Below, piece by piece: positions 28,401 through 38,183 of a DNA stretch of 64,000 nucleotides. The position numbers and the translations under genes were made by a program. The DNA is taken from positions 32,001 to 96,000 of the forward strand of contig CAWHBU010000006.1 in assembly GCA_963827685.1 (NCBI GenBank). Reading direction: 5' to 3'. The notes beneath the pieces are model-generated. The model was not told the DNA's origin, did not search any database, and worked only from the letters and a program-made list of their open reading frames with translations. The stretch comes from an uncultured delta proteobacterium. GTDB taxonomy: Bacteria > Desulfobacterota > BSN033 > UBA1163. The stretch's first letter is position 1. The number at the start of each line of letters is the position of its first letter.

Positions 28401-29072
28401 GTGGAACAAAGTGCGCGAGATGAAATTCTGGGTAAACTTAAGTCTACCCCGAAAAAATCAATACCTCCCCGACCGGATAGGCTCGTCCTGAGGGAGCTCT
28501 CTCTGGCCAGGGAGGAATTGATAGAGACTTTTTCGAAAAACCTTGTACAAGAAACAGGGATCGTCCATCGAGTCAAGGATCGCCGAGAAGCCCTGGAGAA
28601 ACTTTCTCAAATCGCCAAGGAAGAAGGATTGAGGAAGGTGATGGTCACTACGGATGACGTCGTGGCTTCGCTGAATTTAGCGGCCTGGGGGAAAGAAAAC
28701 GATGTTCGGGTCATGACTCCAAAGGATTTTGGCAACCGGGATTCTTTCAGGGATGCAGTCTTTGTGGAAGCCGATGCAGGGGTGACCGGGGCTGATTTCG
28801 CCGTCGCCGAGTCAGGAACGCTGGGCCTCATTCATAACGAGGACCAGGCGAGGTTAGTCTCTCTGGCTCCCATTCTGCACGTTGCTATTGTGCCGGTGAA
28901 AAGGATGGTGGCGGTCTATGAACAGGTGATGAAGGAAGTCTTTGGGAAAAAGGAGAACCTCCCCAGCCAATTCTGTTTCATCACTGGGCCGAGCATGACC
29001 GCGGATATCCGGGGAATACCGTTCAAAGGGATGCACGGACCAAGGAAAGTCATCGTAATTCTGCTTGGATAA
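28401..29072 (+). CDS. lutC: LutC/LldG-like LUD domain protein
   Basis: ARDEILGKL, AVAESGT, FITGPSMTADI..GMHGP. GTG start after GAGG. Confidence 0.88.
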   Translation: MEQSARDEILGKLKSTPKKSIPPRPDRLVLRELSLAREELIETFSKNLVQETGIVHRVKDRREALEKLSQIAKEEGLRKVMVTTDDVVASLNLAAWGKENDVRVMTPKDFGNRDSFRDAVFVEADAGVTGADFAVAESGTLGLIHNEDQARLVSLAPILHVAIVPVKRMVAVYEQVMKEVFGKKENLPSQFCFITGPSMTADIRGIPFKGMHGPRKVIVILLG

Positions 29073-29089
29073 AAATGGCGGAGAATGAT

Positions 29090-30331
29090 ATGAAGAAAAT
29101 CTCGATTCCCTCAAGGCTCTGGTATGAAAACAAAGAATGGGAGCTGACCTTCCCGGACCGGTGGGAAGTAGACAACCTAAATCCCCCTGGCTTTGATAAG
29201 CCTAAGCTCACTCCCGAAAAAATTAAGGAAAAGATTGGTCACCCTATCGAAGGACCTCCTTTGCAAGAAATAGCCAAGGGGAAGAAGCAGGCGGTCATCG
29301 TCTTTGATGATATGACCCGGCCGACGCCAGTCAAGGAAATGGCTCCTTATATTCTGGAATCCTTGCACAGGACCGGGATGAAGAAGGATCAGATCCGCTT
29401 TATTTGGGCGCTGGGGTCGCACGGAGTTTACAACATGATCGATGCCCGCAAGAAATTGGGGGATGAGATCGTGGAGAGTTATGCCGTTTACAACCACGAC
29501 CCCTTTCAAAACACAGTGCGGGTGGGACGGACTCCTACGGGAGTGGAGCTCTGGTTCAATCGGGAGTTCATGAGCTGTGATTTGAAGATTGGGATCGGAT
29601 GCATTACTCCTCACGTCCACGTGGGGTTTGGGGGCGGAGCCAAGATCATTCTTCCAGGAGTGGCTGGAATCGAAACGATCAACCAATTTCACAATCAACT
29701 CTACCGGGACCAAGCTCGAACCGGCCTGGGGAATTTTTTCAACAATATCATGCGGGCGGAATGTGATGCTGGCGGGGACGCTGTGGGTTTAAACTTCAAG
29801 GTCGATTGCCTGGTCAATCGTCGGGGAGAGATTACCAGCCTCTACGCCGGATCTTTCCGAGCCACCCATGCCGCCGGTGCAGAAGAAGGAAAAGGGCATT
29901 ACGGAATCCCTCATTCCAACGGATACGACCTGGCAATTTGCAACGCTTATGCTAAGGCCAATGAGTCGGCCATCGCCATCATTTTTGCGCTGACCTTGTT
30001 AAAACCCCAGGAAGGGGTGGCGGTGCTGATCTCCGACGCACCAGAGGGCCAGGTTTCTCACTATGTGATGCGGACTTGGGGAAGCGATTATGGCGGCCGC
30101 CATTTTTCTTCGAGGCCCAGAGGTCTTGCGCAAAAGCTGATCAAGAAACTGATTGTCATGGCCCCCTACCCCGATCGGACCAGTCTGGACATGATTTGCC
30201 ATGTCGATGATGCCCTCATCGTCAAGACCTGGCCCGAAGTCCTGGCCTTGATCGAAAGAGAATTTCCCGGAAGAGCAAAGGTGGCCGTGGTTCAGGACGG
30301 CACAATGATGCACATGCAAGGACCCGTTTAG
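29090..30331 (+). CDS. LarA-family nickel-pincer 2-hydroxyacid racemase/epimerase
   Basis: DDMTRPTP, ALGSH, PHVHVGFGGGAKIILPG, FHN. The His/His/Lys/His positions of LarA are retained. Confidence 0.85.
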   Translation: MKKISIPSRLWYENKEWELTFPDRWEVDNLNPPGFDKPKLTPEKIKEKIGHPIEGPPLQEIAKGKKQAVIVFDDMTRPTPVKEMAPYILESLHRTGMKKDQIRFIWALGSHGVYNMIDARKKLGDEIVESYAVYNHDPFQNTVRVGRTPTGVELWFNREFMSCDLKIGIGCITPHVHVGFGGGAKIILPGVAGIETINQFHNQLYRDQARTGLGNFFNNIMRAECDAGGDAVGLNFKVDCLVNRRGEITSLYAGSFRATHAAGAEEGKGHYGIPHSNGYDLAICNAYAKANESAIAIIFALTLLKPQEGVAVLISDAPEGQVSHYVMRTWGSDYGGRHFSSRPRGLAQKLIKKLIVMAPYPDRTSLDMICHVDDALIVKTWPEVLALIEREFPGRAKVAVVQDGTMMHMQGPV

Positions 30332-30339
30332 GAGTGATC

Positions 30340-30612
30340 ATGAAAGATAACATCCTCATCATTCATTCAACGGATAATGTCGCCGTCTCCCTGAAGACGC
30401 TAGGTGTTGGAGAGATAGCCGTTGCAAAAGGAATAGAAGGATTCCCGGCTTTGGAAGAAATACCCGCCAGCCACAAAATCGCTCTCCAAAATATTTCAAA
30501 AGGAGAGGAAATCATAAAATATGGAGAGATCGTGGCAGTCAGTACCCGGGATATCAAAAAGGGAGAATGGGTCCATACTCACAACCTTGAAAGCAAACGG
30601 TGGAAGAAATGA
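30340..30612 (+). CDS. SAF-domain small subunit of a UxaA/SuyA-type dehydratase
   Basis: DNVAV, HKIAL..I.KGE.IIKYG, GEWVHTHNL. Confidence 0.9.
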   Translation: MKDNILIIHSTDNVAVSLKTLGVGEIAVAKGIEGFPALEEIPASHKIALQNISKGEEIIKYGEIVAVSTRDIKKGEWVHTHNLESKRWKK

Positions 30613-31769
30613 ATGGGATCACTGGATACGAAAGAAAAAACGGGACATTCGGCATCCGCAACCACGTCCTGGTTCTACCTACGGTCTCCTGTGTTAACGG
30701 GGTGATCAACCGCATTTCACGGGAGGTGCCAGAGGCGGTCTGTCTCCCCCATGCCTATGGATGCGGTAGAGGAGGTCTCAGGGACATGGAAATTCTGTCC
30801 CGGATCCTCTCGGGCCTGGTGCATCATCCCAACGTCGGCGGAGCGGTCATCATTGGATTGGGCTGTGAGATTTCAAATACGAAAAGTCTGCTTCCCCTGA
30901 TCAAGGAGGCAGGCAAACCCATCGAGGTCTTTAATGCACAGGAGGATGGAGGTTCCCTGAAAACAGCGAAGAAAGCGGCCGCCGCTGCCCGCCGGATCCT
31001 ATCGGAAGTCAGCAGCCAGCCGAGGACTACGCTTCCTTGGGATAAGCTTCTGATCGCCATGGAATGCGGCGGTTCGGATGCCATGTCCGGCGTGACGGCC
31101 AACGTAGCCATGGGCGCTGTCTCGGACTGGCTGGTAGAAAAGGGAGCCACTGTGATTTTTGGTGAAAATACAGAGATGATCGGGACAGCCCATGTGCTCG
31201 CACGACGGGCGAAGAATGCTGAGGTGGCCAAACAGATTGAACAAATGATCGAGCGCGCTGAGAAATTAACCCAGGCGGTGATGGGAAATCTGGCGAGCAT
31301 GGTCATCTCCCCCGGCAATATGGATGGAGGCATGAGCACCATTGCAGAGAAATCGATGGGCTGCATCTTTAAAGGAGGCACCACCACGATCAACCAGGTG
31401 GTCGATTATGGCGAGGCTCCTTCGGAACGGGGGCTCATCTTGCAGGACGGGCCGGGTTACGATGGAGACTCCATGGCGGGGCTTGCGGCCAGCGGCTCTC
31501 AGCTTATGTTTTTTTCAACCGGCCGAGGCACCCCGGCCGGGTTTCCGGCTTTGCCCGTGATCAAGGTGGCCAGCAATACCAGAATATACGAGGCCATGAG
31601 AGATGATATGGACGTCAATGCGGGAACCTTGGTGGAAGGCCAGGATTTGAATGGATTGCGGGGAGAGATGATCGATTTGATGATCCGCGTGATCAACGGG
31701 GAAAAGACGAAGGCGGAAATCAACGGCATGGACGTGATCACGTTTATGACCGTCCATCCGCCGTTCTGA
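30609..31769 (+). CDS. UxaA/GarD/SuyB-family dehydratase/lyase catalytic subunit
   Basis: GIRNH, HAYGC, GLGCE, ECGGSD..SG.TAN, SPGN..GG, EKSMG, STGRG. Confidence 0.9.
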   Translation: MNGITGYERKNGTFGIRNHVLVLPTVSCVNGVINRISREVPEAVCLPHAYGCGRGGLRDMEILSRILSGLVHHPNVGGAVIIGLGCEISNTKSLLPLIKEAGKPIEVFNAQEDGGSLKTAKKAAAAARRILSEVSSQPRTTLPWDKLLIAMECGGSDAMSGVTANVAMGAVSDWLVEKGATVIFGENTEMIGTAHVLARRAKNAEVAKQIEQMIERAEKLTQAVMGNLASMVISPGNMDGGMSTIAEKSMGCIFKGGTTTINQVVDYGEAPSERGLILQDGPGYDGDSMAGLAASGSQLMFFSTGRGTPAGFPALPVIKVASNTRIYEAMRDDMDVNAGTLVEGQDLNGLRGEMIDLMIRVINGEKTKAEINGMDVITFMTVHPPF

Positions 31770-31825
31770 GGGTAAGGATAGTTCAGAGTAAAGACTTTTC
31801 TCCGAACTTTGACAAGAGGGAAAGT

Positions 31826-33502
31826 ATGGATCTAAAAAAGCACAGCAGAGTCTTTTCCGACGATGACCCGCTCTCCATGGTGCGGCGCTCCATGCTCTAT
31901 GCCTGCGGGTTCACCCACGAGGAAATCAAGCGCCCCATGGTTGCCGTAGTGAATACTTATAACGAGATGCACCCCGGTCACATGCATCTGAAAACCTTGG
32001 CTGAGCGGGTGAAAGCTGGCGTGCGAACGGCCGGCGGCCTGCCCACGGAATTTTGCACCCTTTCTCTTTGCGATGGGTTGGCCAACGGACATGAAGGAAT
32101 GAAATTCATCCTGCCCAGCCGCCAGGTCATTGCGGATTCTGTGGAACTCGGCTTGCGCGCCCATTGTTATGATGCCGCCGTGATGATCGGCTCCTGCGAC
32201 AAGATTCTTCCTGCGCTTCTCATCGCAGCCGCCAGGGTCGACATCCCGACGATCATCGTTACGGGTGGACCCATGCCCCGTGGTTACTGGGCAAGGGAGA
32301 AAATACAGGCTTCTGTATCGAATTTAGGGGAGATGGTCAGGAAGGTGTTTGCCGGGCACACATCAGCAGAAATACGCGAAGAGGCCTTGTCTTCGTTCTA
32401 CCCTTGCGCCGGGGCCTGCTGGGGGATGGGAACAGCCAATACCATGGCCTGCCTGTGTGAAGCCCTGGGAATGAGCCTGCCGGGAGACAGTACCGTCCCG
32501 GGAGTGATGGCCCAGAAAAGCCGGCTGGCTGAACGAGCCGGGGAACAAGTTATGGAGCTTCTAAATCAGGGGATTACGCCATTGAAAATCCTGACTCCCG
32601 CAAGTTTGGTAAACGCCTTAAAAGTAAATTTGGCCATCGGCGGGTCATTAAATACGGTTTTGCATTTGCCCGCGCTGGCGCACGAATTGGGGGTAAAGCT
32701 CGACTATTATGATTTTGACCGGCTCTCCCGGGTCGTTCCTCATTTAACGAACGTGGAGCCGTCGGGTCCTTTCTCGGTTGCAGATCTTGATAGAGCCGGC
32801 GGAATCCCTGGCGTGATGAAAACAATGGAACGTCTGCTGGACGATTCGGCGTTAACCGTGACGGGCCAAACGTTGGCCCAAAATCTACAATGGGCGGCTG
32901 TGTTCTCGCCGGAAATTATCCGGCCAATGACGGATCCTGTCCACCCTTACGGAGGGATTGCCATTCTTAAAGGTAACTTGGCCGAACGGGGGGCAGTCAT
33001 CAAACAGGTGGCGGTTAAAGAGGACCTGTGGCGCTTTACCGGGGAGGCCAGAGTGTTTAATTCGGAAGAAGATGCCCTGGCCGGCCTGGGCAGTGGCCAA
33101 ATCAAGAAAGGGCAGGTAGTGGTAATTCGCTACGAAGGTCCAAAGGGAGGACCGGGGATGCGTGAGATGGCTCTGTTCCGCAAGGCTTTAAAAATTGCCG
33201 GCATGGGCGATACGAACTACATCGTAACCGATGGCCGCTTTTCCGGTTACAGCGAAGGCCCCTCCATTGGCTACCTCTGTCCCGAAGCAGCCGAGGGGGG
33301 AACGATTGCGCTGGTAGAGAATGGGGACCCAATCGAGATCGATGTGGAGAATCGGTTTCTAAGATTGAAAATCCCAGAGAACGAATTGAAACGTAGGAGA
33401 GAAAACCTTGTCCATCCTCCGAAGAAATACCCAAAGGGTTATCTCGATATTTACGCCAGGATGGTGTCCTCAGCGGATCAGGGGGGCGTGATGGGGGGCT
33501 AA
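31826..33502 (+). CDS. ilvD: IlvD/Edd-family dihydroxy-acid (sugar acid) dehydratase
   Basis: HPGH, CDG, CDK, GACWGMGTANTM, YEGPKGGPGMREM, TDGRFSG. Confidence 0.88.
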   Translation: MDLKKHSRVFSDDDPLSMVRRSMLYACGFTHEEIKRPMVAVVNTYNEMHPGHMHLKTLAERVKAGVRTAGGLPTEFCTLSLCDGLANGHEGMKFILPSRQVIADSVELGLRAHCYDAAVMIGSCDKILPALLIAAARVDIPTIIVTGGPMPRGYWAREKIQASVSNLGEMVRKVFAGHTSAEIREEALSSFYPCAGACWGMGTANTMACLCEALGMSLPGDSTVPGVMAQKSRLAERAGEQVMELLNQGITPLKILTPASLVNALKVNLAIGGSLNTVLHLPALAHELGVKLDYYDFDRLSRVVPHLTNVEPSGPFSVADLDRAGGIPGVMKTMERLLDDSALTVTGQTLAQNLQWAAVFSPEIIRPMTDPVHPYGGIAILKGNLAERGAVIKQVAVKEDLWRFTGEARVFNSEEDALAGLGSGQIKKGQVVVIRYEGPKGGPGMREMALFRKALKIAGMGDTNYIVTDGRFSGYSEGPSIGYLCPEAAEGGTIALVENGDPIEIDVENRFLRLKIPENELKRRRENLVHPPKKYPKGYLDIYARMVSSADQGGVMGG

Positions 33503-33693
33503 GAAAAAGTGACAATCTTCCTTACGATAAACCGTGGTGCTCCACATTCGAAAGGTTCTGCTACAAGGCTTTGGGGAACTACCAATCACAATGCTGTGTC
33601 TTCCCGAATATCCGCCCAGTGTCCCCGCCGAGTTTGTTCTGAGGTTTATGGTGACGTTAAGGTCGAATCACGCACTCAATACGGTTTTTTTGC

Positions 33694-33722
33694 TTGACAT
33701 AGAATTCCGTATTTCGTATATT
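33694..33722 (+). promoter_or_regulatory. Sigma70 promoter of the first Liv operon
   Basis: TTGACA-N17-TATATT, with an AATACGG (33678-84) / CCGTATT (33707-13) inverted repeat around the -35. Confidence 0.7.
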
Positions 33723-34008
33723 CAACCCACCCTAAAGCAAGTTCTTAAATAACTCGCCAAACGAGATTTTCAAGAAGAGAATTTTTTGCCCGGCAGTAGA
33801 AGGGCGTGGTCTTTGGCTGGCTCGTTCTGACGTCAGACGGGGAATGCCGTACCACAGGGGCGTAAAGCGGGGTGTCACTAACTTTGACCGAGGGGTGCCA
33901 CGTGACAACAGGCGGATTCCACACCGTAATCCGAGCCTACGAGAAAGGGGATTAGAAGAAGTTTTCTACAACCCAAAAATTTTTTTGGCAAGAGAAAGGA
34001 GGATTCAC

Positions 34009-35376
34009 ATGAAATCGATCGGCAAGGGTATTTTCATTCTCGTATGTATTCTTTCTTTTTTCTCTGTGACAACCTTTAGCCCATCCACGGCGATGGCCTT
34101 CGAGCCACTCAAGGGGGATCTTTCAAAATATGATCCCAATAATCAAACCTTTCCTACTTCGGGGGATACAATTAAGTTCGCGATCTGGGATGCTTGTACC
34201 GGGGCGAACGCCTATCTCTGCCAGGCCTACTCTGCCTTGCTTGGGTTTGTTGCCCAGGATATCAACTCCCAGGGCGGAATCAAGGTAGACGGCAAGATGA
34301 AGAAGATCCAGATCGTCAAGGTCGATACCCAGTCGGCGCCTGACCCGGCCAAACGAGCACTTGAAAAGGCCATCCTGCAAGACAAGATTATCGCCTTTTC
34401 TGGAGTAGCCGGCACCCACATTGCCAAGATAGGCCAGAACCTGGCCAAAGAATATAAAGTCATTTTCGTCAACCTGTCCGCTTATTCAGATGAACTGAGT
34501 ATGCTTCCGGATTTTAATGAATATTACTTTCGCACCTGCGGGACCGCTTCCACTTCCGCCAAGAGTCTGGCTGTTTTTTACAAAAACCGACCGGAAACGA
34601 AATTTTACATTTTAGCCCAGGATTATGTTTGGGGACACGAATCTGCGGGCGTCTTCAAAAAGACGATAAAAGAAGCCAAACGCAATGCCCAGATCGTCGG
34701 TGAAGAGTACTTTCCTCTGTTCACCAAGGACTTTGCCCCCTATCTGGAAAAGGTCAGGGCTTCCGGGGCGGAGATGGTTGTCACTATGGCCTGGGGGGCG
34801 GATAACGAGAACCTGATCAAGCAATCGAGACAACTTGGCTTGAAAAGTCCCTTGAAACCCGATCTTTTTATTCCCATGGCCAGTCCTTTTCTGGACGATA
34901 CCCGCCCCCTGGAGGTTATCGGCGGTCCGGCAGGCCGAGGCTTGGTCCTGTGCACGGATTTCTACCTGGACCGTAGGGTGGCCAATGTCAAGAAATTGAC
35001 TGATACATGGAACAAATTGTGGAAGACATGGAAAGACCCCTATGATTCAGTGCTTTACCAATGGCCCGGCGGCGGCTGGTATAGAAACCTTACGGGGTAC
35101 TACTGGTTTTTCCAGGTATTGCAAAAGGCCGGCAGCACCGATCCGCAGAAGATCATCGCCGCCTGGGAAGGAGACACCCTCGACTTTTTCGGCTGGAAAC
35201 ATTATATGCGGCCCGATGATCATCAGGTTATAGCAGACCGTCCCATCGCTGAAATGGCGTTCCCCAATACCTGGGACCGCCCCACATGCGCAATGGTTGG
35301 CGATGCTGCCTGGATACCGGCCAAGAACTGCATGCCCGCCTTCGATGAAAAACTCAAAGGACGTGTAAAAAAATAG
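34009..35376 (+). CDS. ABC transporter substrate-binding protein (LivJ/K-like)
   Basis: AAGGAGG RBS, signal peptide, DINSQGGI, QDYVWG, KDFAPYL, MRPDDHQ. Confidence 0.88.
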   Translation: MKSIGKGIFILVCILSFFSVTTFSPSTAMAFEPLKGDLSKYDPNNQTFPTSGDTIKFAIWDACTGANAYLCQAYSALLGFVAQDINSQGGIKVDGKMKKIQIVKVDTQSAPDPAKRALEKAILQDKIIAFSGVAGTHIAKIGQNLAKEYKVIFVNLSAYSDELSMLPDFNEYYFRTCGTASTSAKSLAVFYKNRPETKFYILAQDYVWGHESAGVFKKTIKEAKRNAQIVGEEYFPLFTKDFAPYLEKVRASGAEMVVTMAWGADNENLIKQSRQLGLKSPLKPDLFIPMASPFLDDTRPLEVIGGPAGRGLVLCTDFYLDRRVANVKKLTDTWNKLWKTWKDPYDSVLYQWPGGGWYRNLTGYYWFFQVLQKAGSTDPQKIIAAWEGDTLDFFGWKHYMRPDDHQVIADRPIAEMAFPNTWDRPTCAMVGDAAWIPAKNCMPAFDEKLKGRVKK

Positions 35377-35395
35377 GCCATCTTTAAACCCTGGT

Positions 35396-35434
35396 AAAAG
35401 CTCGCCTCCACTTAAAGTCGGAGGCGGGTTTTTT
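35396..35434 (+). terminator. Stem-loop/terminator after the SBP gene
   Basis: CTCGCCTCC..GGAGGCGGG followed by a T run. Confidence 0.7.
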
Positions 35435-35477
35435 AGCAGGGTTCTCTTTGGACTCTTTTTAGCAGGAGGATATCGAG

Positions 35478-36350
35478 ATGAGCCCGACCGCCGTGTTGTA
35501 TGTTGCTCAAGCCATTCACGGCCTGGCCTACGGAATGTTGCTTTTTCTGGTAGCATCCGGTCTTACCCTAATCTTCGGCATGATGGGGATTCTAAACATG
35601 GCCCATGCCTCTTTTGCCATGCTGGCCGCCTATTTCTGTTTCCAGGTTTTACAAATGACCGGAAATTTTTGGGCGGCGCTATTGATTGCACCGGTTTTTG
35701 CCGGGATCTGTGGGGTTCTGACGGAGCGCTTTCTCTTGAGGACCGTGCATAAACACGGCCATCTGGCCGAACTTCTCATAACCGTGGGAATCATGGCGCT
35801 CATCTTGGAACTCGTCAAACTCTTCTGGGGCACCGAGAGCCTGGTTATCAAGATACCTCCGAGTTTGAGCGGACTGTTGAAAATTGCCGGTCTGACCTAC
35901 CCCGTCTATCGCCTTTTCGTTATCGGGGTATCCATCGTGATTTTGGGTTTGATGGCTTTGATTCTATATAAGACCCGTTTGGGCAAAATCGTTCGGGCGG
36001 CCGTTTCCGACGCGGATATGGTCAGTGCCCTGGGGATTAATACACCCCTTGTCTTTATGCTGGTTTTTGGAATCGGGATATGGCTGGCCGGCGTGGCCGG
36101 GGCCGTGGCCGGCCCACTCCTGACCGTGTTTCCCGGAATGGCCGACCAATTGGGCATGGATGCCTTTGTGGTGGTGGTTGTGGGAGGGTTCGGAAGTCTT
36201 TTAGGGGCTTTTATTGTCGCCTTGTTTCTTGGAGAACTAAATGCCTACGGCATCCAGTTTATTCCCCGTCTTGCACCCGTACTGATGTTTGCCTTCATGG
36301 CCCTTGTATTAGCCTTTAAACCGATGGGCCTATTTGGAGAAAGAGAATGA
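35478..36350 (+). CDS. livH: Branched-chain amino acid-type ABC permease
   Basis: GLTLIFGMMGILNMAH, T..G..VRA, VVVGGFGS. Confidence 0.9.
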   Translation: MSPTAVLYVAQAIHGLAYGMLLFLVASGLTLIFGMMGILNMAHASFAMLAAYFCFQVLQMTGNFWAALLIAPVFAGICGVLTERFLLRTVHKHGHLAELLITVGIMALILELVKLFWGTESLVIKIPPSLSGLLKIAGLTYPVYRLFVIGVSIVILGLMALILYKTRLGKIVRAAVSDADMVSALGINTPLVFMLVFGIGIWLAGVAGAVAGPLLTVFPGMADQLGMDAFVVVVVGGFGSLLGAFIVALFLGELNAYGIQFIPRLAPVLMFAFMALVLAFKPMGLFGERE

Positions 36351-37324
36351 GGAATAAACTGTATAAGTGGATTCTATGGGGAGTGCTCGTTATCCTTGTA
36401 GCCATCCTTCCGCGTCTGGTCAGCTTCTACTATCTCAACTTCTTTATAGCCTTTGCCATTTTTTCCTTGTATGCCGTCACTCTCAACTTGCTCCTGGGCT
36501 ATATGGGGGTCCTCAGCTTTGGCCACGCTATGTTTTTCGGCACAGGGGCCTATGTGGCGGCGCTGGCCTTGAGGCATATACAGGGATTTCCCCTGTTACC
36601 GACAATCCTAATGGGCGGATTGGCCGGCGGCCTGTTGGCCTTGATGTTAAGTCCTTTGCTGGTGAGAGTAAGCGGGACCGCCTTTGCCATGTTGACCCTG
36701 GCCTTTGGCCAGCTCATCTTTGTCGTCGCCCTGAAATATAGAGAGGTAACCGGCGGGGAGGACGGCATTGGGGGATATCCCATTCCGCCACTTAACATCC
36801 CCGGTGTGCTGTCTATTGATATGACCGATAAGATAAACTTTTATTATTTTGCCGTTGCCGTTGTAGCTATATGCCTTTACATCTTGTGGTTTTATACCAA
36901 GACTCCCTTCGGCAGCCTCGTCGTGGGCATCCGGGATAATGCCCTGCGAATGGACTACCTGGGTTTTAATCTCCCGCAGACCAAGGCGATCAATTTGATC
37001 GTTTGTGGGGCCTTTGCCGGGATTGCCGGTGCGGTTCATGCCCTGCTGATGAAACTGGTTTCCACTGTGGGCGTATTGGACATACATACCTCCTTCAGAC
37101 CCATCGTGATGGCCTATGTCGGGGGTGTAGGGAGCTTTTTCGGCCCGATTATCGGCTCTGGTGTCCTTCACATTTTAGAAGATGTGGTTATTAGATTTAC
37201 TGAGCGGATCGGCCTGGTAAACGGCACGATCTTCATTCTGGTGGTCTTATTCGCGCCAATGGGGCTTGTCGGTCTTTTCAGAGCAGCCAAGGAAAAATGG
37301 TTTCATAAACGGAAGGCTTCATGA
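36347..37324 (+). CDS. livM: Branched-chain amino acid-type ABC permease
   Basis: LLGYMGVLSFGHAMFFG, TLAFGQ, TGGEDG. Confidence 0.9.
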   Translation: MRNKLYKWILWGVLVILVAILPRLVSFYYLNFFIAFAIFSLYAVTLNLLLGYMGVLSFGHAMFFGTGAYVAALALRHIQGFPLLPTILMGGLAGGLLALMLSPLLVRVSGTAFAMLTLAFGQLIFVVALKYREVTGGEDGIGGYPIPPLNIPGVLSIDMTDKINFYYFAVAVVAICLYILWFYTKTPFGSLVVGIRDNALRMDYLGFNLPQTKAINLIVCGAFAGIAGAVHALLMKLVSTVGVLDIHTSFRPIVMAYVGGVGSFFGPIIGSGVLHILEDVVIRFTERIGLVNGTIFILVVLFAPMGLVGLFRAAKEKWFHKRKAS

Positions 37325-38076
37325 ACATTCTGGAAACCAAAAGACTCTATCACGATTTCAGCGGATTGGAAGTGCTTTTCAATGTCAACCTTCAGGTTGA
37401 AGAAGGAGAGCGACACGCCGTCATTGGGCCCAACGGCGCAGGAAAAACAACGCTCTTCAACGTCATCACCGGGACTTACTCGCCGAGCCGGGGACAGGTG
37501 TTCTTCAAAGGAAGGGAGATCACCGGGGCCAGGCCACACGAGCTGACGCGCCTCGGAGTGGGACGCTCCTTTCAGATCACCAGCACCTTTAATCGGCTGA
37601 CCACTTTCCAGAACATTCGACTGGCCATCCTTTCTAAAAAGGAAATCCGTTTCCATTTGTTCCGCAAGGTCGACAAGATGGAGGACATCACCAAACAGAC
37701 CGACGAGGTATTAAGGCGGATCAACCTGGACCGGGAGCGGGACATGCCCGCTGGTATGCTGTCATACGGGAAACATCGTTCTCTGGAAATCAGCCTGGCC
37801 CTGGCGACAGACCCGGACCTGATCATGTTGGACGAGCCCACGGCTGGCATGTCCCGGGATGAAACGCATTATGCCGTGGAGCTGATCAGGCGGCTTACCG
37901 AGGGCAAAACCGTGGTCATCATTGAGCATGATATGGATGTCGTCTTCTCCCTGGCAGACCGCATCACGGTCCTCCACCATGGGGAGATTTTAGCGACAGG
38001 CCCTCCGCTTCAGATCCGGCAGAATCAGGCGGTGAAGGATGCCTACCTGGGAGAAACGGAAGTTGAATCCGCATAG
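37321..38076 (+). CDS. livG: ABC ATPase
   Basis: GPNGAGKT, LDEPTAG, IEHDM, AYLG. Confidence 0.92.
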   Translation: MNILETKRLYHDFSGLEVLFNVNLQVEEGERHAVIGPNGAGKTTLFNVITGTYSPSRGQVFFKGREITGARPHELTRLGVGRSFQITSTFNRLTTFQNIRLAILSKKEIRFHLFRKVDKMEDITKQTDEVLRRINLDRERDMPAGMLSYGKHRSLEISLALATDPDLIMLDEPTAGMSRDETHYAVELIRRLTEGKTVVIIEHDMDVVFSLADRITVLHHGEILATGPPLQIRQNQAVKDAYLGETEVESA

Positions 38077-38172
38077 CGCATGGCGCAGAGCACATTGCGT
38101 AAGAAGAAGTTTAGAATCTTTTTCAAGTTTTTAACCTCATGCGCAGTGCTCTATGCGCTCTGCGCTTTCTGC
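38070..38172. repeat. CGCATAG-type heptamer inverted-repeat element
   Basis: CGCATAG CGCATGG CGCAGAG CACATTG, AT-rich loop, then CTATGCG CTCTGCG. Confidence 0.8.
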
Positions 38173-38183
38173 AAGGAGCAGAG

